From contig CAVZVA010000011.1 of assembly GCA_963778655.1 (NCBI GenBank), positions 224,001 to 288,000 on the forward strand: a stretch of DNA of 64,000 bases. Direction: 5' to 3'. The position numbers and the translations under genes were made by a program. Below, one piece after another: positions 58,779 to 64,000 of this stretch; the first letter of the stretch is position 1; each line of letters begins with the position of its first letter. Source of the stretch: an uncultured delta proteobacterium. Lineage in GTDB: Bacteria > Myxococcota_A > Polyangia > Polyangiales > JAFGIB01. The notes below the pieces were generated by a model. The model was given only the letters and a program-made list of their open reading frames with translations, made no database searches and had not been told where the DNA came from.

Positions 58779-60184
58779 ATCGTGATCGTCTTCCAGGTCC
58801 CGCCCCTGAACTTCAGCGACATGATGATGGTCAGGCACAGCACGTAGAGCGCGGCCGAAGACCACACGCCGAGCAGGCCGAATCCGAGCACCACGCCCAT
58901 CACGTACGCGGTGGGCAGCAGCACGCCGAAGTGCAGGCTGAGCTCCACGATCATCACAAAGCGCGTGTTGCCGGCGCCGAACAGCGCCTGGGTCAGGATC
59001 ATGCCGGCCGCGATCAGCGGTCCGCACGCGCCCATCAGGCGCATCGAGGAGCGGCCCGCGTCGATCACCAGCGTCGAGTGGTTGAAGAAGCCGATGCACT
59101 TGCCTGGAAAGGCCATCTCGAGCAAGCCCACCAGCCCGAACATGATGCAGCCGAGCTTGACGCTGCTCCAGGCGAAACGCTCGGCCGCGGCCGGGTTGCG
59201 CGCCCCCAGGTTGCGCGAGACCAGGGTGGCGGTGGCGACGCCGAAGGCCATGCACGAGAAGAAGGTCAGGCTCAGCATGTTGATGATGATGGTGGTGGCC
59301 GCACCGTAAATCGACTCGGCCGGTCCGCCGCTCGCGCTCGGCCGGTCGAACAGGCTGACGATGCGGATGAACAGGATGAAGCCGGTCATCACCACTGTGG
59401 TCGCGACGCCCGAGGGCACCGAGAGCCGGGCCAGCTGCCACATCGCCACTGGGGTGATCACGCGGCGGCGGTACACCCGGTAGCGGGCGCGCTCGCGGGA
59501 GCGCCGCGACCAGGCGATCATCACCAGCATGCCGACCCACGAGGAAGCGGCCGCCGCGATGCCCGCCCCCTCCACGCCCATGCGCGGGGCGCCCAGGTGA
59601 CCGAACATCAGGCACCAGCACAGCCCCACGTTGAAGACGTTCATGATCACGGCGGCCACGAAATGGACATACGTGCGGCCGGTGCCATCGAAGAACGCCT
59701 TGTAGGCTGCGGTTGTCACCATCGACACCAGACCCAGGAACCGCCACTGGCTGTAGACCGTGCCCAGACGGACGTAGGCCGGATCGTCGGAAGCCAGCGA
59801 AAACACGAAGGGCGCCAGGAACCAACAGAGCCCGGTGGCGAGCGCGCTGCTGAGCACGGCGAGGACCAGCGCATTGGCCAGGACCAGACCCGATGCTTGG
59901 GGGTCGCCGCGTCCCTCCCGCCGGGCGACCATGGCCTGGGTTCCGACCGAGATTGCGGACAGGAATCCGCCCACGGCCCAGAGCAGGGCCAGGGAAAAGG
60001 ACAACATGGCCTGGCCGTCGCTGCGCTCGGGCTCCTTCAGCAGCCCGATGAAGTACGTGTCGACGAGGTTGACCCCGGTCTGGGTCAGCAGGGCCAGCTG
60101 TGCGGGTACCGCCAGGTAGAGGATCCGCTTGACGTCGGCCGGGTCGAGGAAGGCGACCGGCCGGACGGATACAGCTGAATTCAT
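58775..60184 (-). CDS. MATE family efflux transporter
   Basis: LAVP..VNLVDTYFIG, G.GRT, N..L...LMFG.LG.P.MGVEGAG.A, GAGNTR. Confidence 0.9.
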   Translation of the reverse strand: MNSAVSVRPVAFLDPADVKRILYLAVPAQLALLTQTGVNLVDTYFIGLLKEPERSDGQAMLSFSLALLWAVGGFLSAISVGTQAMVARREGRGDPQASGLVLANALVLAVLSSALATGLCWFLAPFVFSLASDDPAYVRLGTVYSQWRFLGLVSMVTTAAYKAFFDGTGRTYVHFVAAVIMNVFNVGLCWCLMFGHLGAPRMGVEGAGIAAAASSWVGMLVMIAWSRRSRERARYRVYRRRVITPVAMWQLARLSVPSGVATTVVMTGFILFIRIVSLFDRPSASGGPAESIYGAATTIIINMLSLTFFSCMAFGVATATLVSRNLGARNPAAAERFAWSSVKLGCIMFGLVGLLEMAFPGKCIGFFNHSTLVIDAGRSSMRLMGACGPLIAAGMILTQALFGAGNTRFVMIVELSLHFGVLLPTAYVMGVVLGFGLLGVWSSAALYVLCLTIIMSLKFRGGTWKTITI

Positions 60185-60294
60185 GATGCGGGCGCACTCT
60201 ACGAGCGGTCCTCTGCGTTGACAAGGCGCGCCTTGTGGACTAGCAACGCCCGCAGCGGCCGGCGCGCGGCGTGCACAGAACTTAGGAGACCGAC

Positions 60295-60960
60295 ATGGAT
60301 TTTCCTCGCGGCAGTGCAATTCGCCTGGGGCTTGGAAGCCTCGGAGTCGCAGCAGTGCTCTTGGGGCTGGGGTGCGGACCGAAGTACCCGAAATGTGACG
60401 TCGACACCGACTGCCACCAGGGCGAGTTCTGTGTCAACGGGATGTGCCAGCAGTGCCGATCCGACAAGGACTGTCCGGCCGGCCAGAGCTGCGCGTCGGG
60501 CGCGTGCCAAGCCATTCCGGGCTACTGCAACTCCTCGAGCGACTGCGGCCCGGGACAGGAATGCCAGAACAACCAGTGTGTGGCGCAGGCGCAGAGCGTG
60601 GCGGCACCGGCGGCCCCCGAGCCGGTCGCCAACACCGGCTGCACGCTCGACTCGGTCTACTTCGACTTCGACTCCAGCACGCTCGACGCCGCTTCGCGCG
60701 ACAAGCTGAGCCAGGCCGCGGCCTGCATCAAGCAGCACGGCGCCAAGGCAGTCCACCTCACCGGGCTCACCGATCCGCGCGGCACCGAGGAGTACAACCT
60801 GGCGCTGGGCGATCGGCGCGCGCAGTCGGCCAAGAAGTACCTGCAGTCGCTCGGGGTGCAGTCCAAGCTGTCGTCGTCGTCCATGGGCGAGGAGCTCGCG
60901 ACCGGCACCGACGAGGCCACCTGGGCCAGGGATCGCCGGGTCGACATGCAAGAGAAGTGA
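60295..60960 (+). CDS. pal: peptidoglycan-associated lipoprotein (OmpA domain) with Cys-rich repeats
   Basis: Lipobox LGLGC; three C..D.DC..G..C..G.C repeats; VYFDFDSS, DPRGTEEYNLALGDRRA, DRRV. Confidence 0.85.
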   Translation: MDFPRGSAIRLGLGSLGVAAVLLGLGCGPKYPKCDVDTDCHQGEFCVNGMCQQCRSDKDCPAGQSCASGACQAIPGYCNSSSDCGPGQECQNNQCVAQAQSVAAPAAPEPVANTGCTLDSVYFDFDSSTLDAASRDKLSQAAACIKQHGAKAVHLTGLTDPRGTEEYNLALGDRRAQSAKKYLQSLGVQSKLSSSSMGEELATGTDEATWARDRRVDMQEK

Positions 60961-61069
60961 TGCGGGGCTGCGACCACCGGGAGGGTCGCGCGGCCCTCCC
61001 GCCCGCCTGGCGTTGCCCGGGGGGGCGCGAAACCTGGACAGGCCGCGATCCCAGGGTTATGTGGCGGTG

Positions 61070-61885
61070 GTGACGCGTCAGTGCGCCATTGCAGCGTGCC
61101 TGCTGCTCGCGAGCGGGTGCTGGGTCACCAACACCGAGGGGGACAAGATCCGCTCCGAGGCGCAGGCGCGCGACCTGCGCATCCAGCAGCTCGAAACCGA
61201 AAGCCAGCAGCACCGCGAAGAGATCGACGGGAAGATCAAAGAGTTGCAGGGCCTGATCGATCGCGCGACGCAGGTGCTCGAGCGGGGCAGCGCGGACGTG
61301 GGCGCGCAGGTCGAGCAGCTACGCGACCAGCTCGCCACCGCGGAAGGCAAGCTGGCCGAGCTGCAACACCGGCAGGACATGACCGATCAGCAGCTCGCCT
61401 CACAGCGCGCAGATCTCGACCAAGCGATGGCGAAATCCGGCGGCGGCCGTGGCGCCGAGGCGATCGACCCCTCGCAGGTGCCGGCCGACAAGGCGGCCCA
61501 CTTCCAGGCCGCGCTCAGCGCCTACCAGAGCGGCGACTACGAAAAGGCGCGCGGGCTGTGGCGCGAGTACCTCAAGCGATATCCCAGCGACGCCAAGGCC
61601 GGCGACGCCCAGTATTGGATCGGCGCCAGTTACACCCAACAGAACAAGCCCGCCACGGCGCTCGGCGAGTACCGCAAGGTGATCGCGAGCTACGGCAAGA
61701 GCAATGCGGTCAACGTGGCGCTGTACGGCATGTGCGACGCGTTCTACCAGCTGCACGCCTGCACCGACGCCAAAGCGGCCGCCGACGCGCTGCTCAAGCG
61801 CAAGCCCGACGCCGCGCTCAAGTCGCGCATCACCAAGCTGCGCACGCAGATCGTCAAGTCGCCCAAGGGCTACTGCACGAGCTGA
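61070..61885 (+). CDS. cpoB: CpoB/YbgF-like coiled-coil + TPR lipoprotein
   Basis: Lipobox LASGC; coiled coil; YP....AGDAQYWIG; follows pal; start approximate. Confidence 0.78.
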   Translation: MTRQCAIAACLLLASGCWVTNTEGDKIRSEAQARDLRIQQLETESQQHREEIDGKIKELQGLIDRATQVLERGSADVGAQVEQLRDQLATAEGKLAELQHRQDMTDQQLASQRADLDQAMAKSGGGRGAEAIDPSQVPADKAAHFQAALSAYQSGDYEKARGLWREYLKRYPSDAKAGDAQYWIGASYTQQNKPATALGEYRKVIASYGKSNAVNVALYGMCDAFYQLHACTDAKAAADALLKRKPDAALKSRITKLRTQIVKSPKGYCTS

Positions 61886-61913
61886 GCGCGGGCCAGCCGG
61901 CGTCAGCTCAGGC

Positions 61914-62330
61914 TCAAAGCCCGTACAGCATCGCGTACACCATTACGCCGGTGACCGAGACGTAGGCCCAGATCGGGAGCGTGATGCGGGCGATCCGTTT
62001 GTGCGTGCGGTAGCGCGCGCGCAAGCCGAAAGTGAGCGTGGTGATCACCAGCGGCGCGGTGGCCAGGGCGAGCAGGACGTGGCTGGCGAGCAAGCTCAAG
62101 TAGAAGATCCGCAGCGCGCCGCCGCGCGCAAAGTGCGCGTCGCCGAACAGCGCGATGCGCGTGAGGTAGACGGTCAGGAATGCGCACGACGAGGCGAACG
62201 CCGACAGCATCAGGCGCCGGTGGCGCTGGCGGCGGCCCGCCTTGATCGCGACGAAGCCGAGCGTCATCAGCGTCGCGGCGGTGGCGTTGAACAGCGCGCA
62301 CAGGGTGCCGAGCGAGAAGCTGCTGATCAC
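61914..62330 (-). CDS. DUF420 family membrane protein
   Basis: HRRLMLSAF, FLTVYL, LASHVLLA, HKRIAR...IWAYVSVTGVMVY. Confidence 0.88.
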   Translation of the reverse strand: MISSFSLGTLCALFNATAATLMTLGFVAIKAGRRQRHRRLMLSAFASSCAFLTVYLTRIALFGDAHFARGGALRIFYLSLLASHVLLALATAPLVITTLTFGLRARYRTHKRIARITLPIWAYVSVTGVMVYAMLYGL

Positions 62331-62923
62331 GACCGGCCCTTGGGATCGCTCTTCTCCGCCAGCACGATGCGCGCGTCACGCTCCAGCTTCAGCATGCCGT
62401 CCTGATCGCTGCGGTAATAGCCGCGGATGTACAGCGCGCGGTCGACCAGCACGAAGTGGCTGCCGTGCAGGATGGTCTGGCCCGCACCCGGCGGGGCCGC
62501 CTGAACCGCCTGTTTGAAGCCGCCCACCACCACCTGCTTGACCGAGTCGAGCGGCCCGGTGAGGAAGCGCCAGTCGGGCTGGTCGGCGTCGTGCGCGCGG
62601 GCGTAGTGCTTGAGCGCGGCCGGCGTGTCGTGCTCGGGGTCGACCGAGAACGAGACGAAGCGCACCTTGCCGCGCTCGGGCGCGAGCCGGGTGCGCAGCG
62701 CCGACATCTTGGAGGTCAGCAGCGGGCAGATGTCCTTGCAGCTGGTGAACATGAAGTTGGCGATCCAGACGCTGCCCTTCCAGCTCTCGCGTCGCATCGT
62801 GTGGGCGTTCTGATCGCGCAGCTCGAACTCGGGAACCCGCGCGATACGCGGCAGCGGGGGCGGGTGCACGCACCCGCTGAGGGTTGCGACCACGGCCACG
62901 GCTGCGAGCAACCCGCGGGTCAA
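62327..62923 (-). CDS. SCO family copper chaperone lipoprotein
   Basis: FMFTSCKDICP (CxxxC), SVDPEHDTP, WRFLTG, ILHGSHFVLVD; TTG start inferred. Confidence 0.9.
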   Translation of the reverse strand: MTRGLLAAVAVVATLSGCVHPPPLPRIARVPEFELRDQNAHTMRRESWKGSVWIANFMFTSCKDICPLLTSKMSALRTRLAPERGKVRFVSFSVDPEHDTPAALKHYARAHDADQPDWRFLTGPLDSVKQVVVGGFKQAVQAAPPGAGQTILHGSHFVLVDRALYIRGYYRSDQDGMLKLERDARIVLAEKSDPKGRS

Positions 62924-62925
62924 GC

Positions 62926-63768
62926 TTACCTCCGCCGGTAGCAGATGCGGATCGACCAGCCCGCGGCGAGCAGGCAGAAGCCGATCAGCACCGCCAGCTC
63001 GAGCGCACCGCTGTGCACGACCGTGGTGCCTTCGGGCAGCACGCCGCCGTAGAGCGCGCGGCGCACGGCACTGACCGAATAGCTCATCGGATTGCAGCGC
63101 TGCACCCAGGCGATCCAGCCCGCGTTCGGCGCCGGGAACATCGCGCCCGAGAGGATCCACATCGGCAACAGCACGAGGCTCATCACCACGTGGTAGCCGG
63201 CCGTGGAATCGAGCCACCACGCCACCGCAAAGCCCATCGCGCACAGCCCAAAGCAGCTCAGCGCGAGCGCCGAAAGCAACAAGGGCCACTCGATGGTCGC
63301 GACGTGAAAGCCGGTCGCCGGCGCCAGCAACGCGAACAGAAAGCTCTGCGCGAAGGCCACGGTCGTCGCGCCCAGGCACTTGCCCAGCACCACCGAGGCG
63401 CGCGAGCCGGGCGCGACCAGCACCGCCTGCAAGAAGCCGCTGTGGCGATCCTCGATCACGGTCATGGTGGTGAAGATCGCGCTGAACAGCACCACCATCA
63501 CCACCACGCCCGGGTAGAAGTACTCCAGGTAGCCCACGCCACGCGCCCCCGGCAGCACGAACGTGCTCGACATCCCGCTGCCGATCACCAGCCAGAAGAT
63601 CAGCGGCTGCAACAGCGCGCCCACCACCCGGCTCTTCTCGCGCACGAAGCGCGTGGTGTCGCGGCGGACCAGCACCGAAATGGTGGAGAGCTCCTCGGCC
63701 AGCCGGGAGCGGGGCAGCGCTGGGGCCGCCGGCAGGGCTTCACTCCGGGTCTTCAAGACTTCTGTCAT
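62926..63768 (-). CDS. ABC-2 type transporter permease
   Basis: YLEYFYPG, DRHSGFL..VLVAP, LSGAMFP, NPMSY. Confidence 0.9.
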   Translation of the reverse strand: MTEVLKTRSEALPAAPALPRSRLAEELSTISVLVRRDTTRFVREKSRVVGALLQPLIFWLVIGSGMSSTFVLPGARGVGYLEYFYPGVVVMVVLFSAIFTTMTVIEDRHSGFLQAVLVAPGSRASVVLGKCLGATTVAFAQSFLFALLAPATGFHVATIEWPLLLSALALSCFGLCAMGFAVAWWLDSTAGYHVVMSLVLLPMWILSGAMFPAPNAGWIAWVQRCNPMSYSVSAVRRALYGGVLPEGTTVVHSGALELAVLIGFCLLAAGWSIRICYRRR

Positions 63769-63826
63769 TTCTGCCCTGTTGCCGGGAGGGTCACGCAACC
63801 CCGCGAGGCCGCTTCGCTCCGCTTGT

Positions 63827-64000
63827 TCATGACTTCTGATCTATCGTCGGCTCGCCCTCGTCGCGCAGGGAGCGGCCGGTGAGCTTGACGAAGACGTCGG
63901 CCAAGGTCGGGCGGTGCATCGACAGCGAGTCGATGCGGCCGACCGGCAGCGCCTCGACCAGGCGCGGGATCAGCTCGTGGCCGCGCTCGCGCTCCAGCAC
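63827..64000 (-). CDS. ABC transporter ATP-binding protein, C-terminal end (partial)
   Basis: Reads ...LIPRLVEALPVGRIDSLSMHRPTLADVFVKLTGRSLRDE...*, a typical DrrA-type tail upstream of the permease. Confidence 0.8.
   Translation of the reverse strand: MLERERGHELIPRLVEALPVGRIDSLSMHRPTLADVFVKLTGRSLRDEGEPTIDQKS

Noticed and set aside
57573..60224. 883-aa ORF suggesting a fused aminotransferase
   Set aside because: The upstream part is an alternative frame over the MATE gene; the same applies to the extended ORFs for priA, bioB, the GT2 fusion and SCO
1..64000. CRISPR arrays, tRNA/rRNA genes, intact IS elements, prophage or defence genes
   Set aside because: None recognisable by eye; the many long overlapping Arg/Ala-rich ORFs are high-GC shadow frames

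Overview
Very GC-rich bacterial DNA whose gene content (MYXO-CTERM-type tail, MXAN_5187-like protein, Cys-rich Pal, DUF4388 and kinase-ATPase-TPR signalling proteins) points to Myxococcota. This taxonomy is an inference. From about 1 to 22 kb the window is accessory: a TreT-like glycosyltransferase, a RAYT transposase remnant, secreted lipoproteins, a beta-propeller/di-haem protein and cytochrome bd. It also holds the best candidate for a new system, a compact RiPP locus at 10.9-17.8 kb. That locus has an NHLP-leader precursor (core MARKKPMIFVTLPCTDTMC), a CCG-type LanM, an MBL-fold metalloenzyme with a possible RRE-like N-terminus and CmlA-like ligands, and a divergent prolyl-tRNA synthetase paralogue whose catalytic motifs are kept while its editing and anticodon domains look degenerate. 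From 22 to 64 kb the window is mostly core genes (mqnD-like, fmt, def, priA, CBS, tsaD, bioB, pal-cpoB, SCO). It also contains a probable 6S RNA with its own promoter and terminator, a GT2-GtrA-GT-C fusion, an FlhB/SctU homologue lacking NPTH, a KS/CLF plus FAAL/ACP cluster with two frameshifts, a hydrolase pseudogene and two families of intergenic palindromic repeats. All calls come from reading motifs by eye; no database searches were run. Several starts were moved from the ORF track to more plausible codons.
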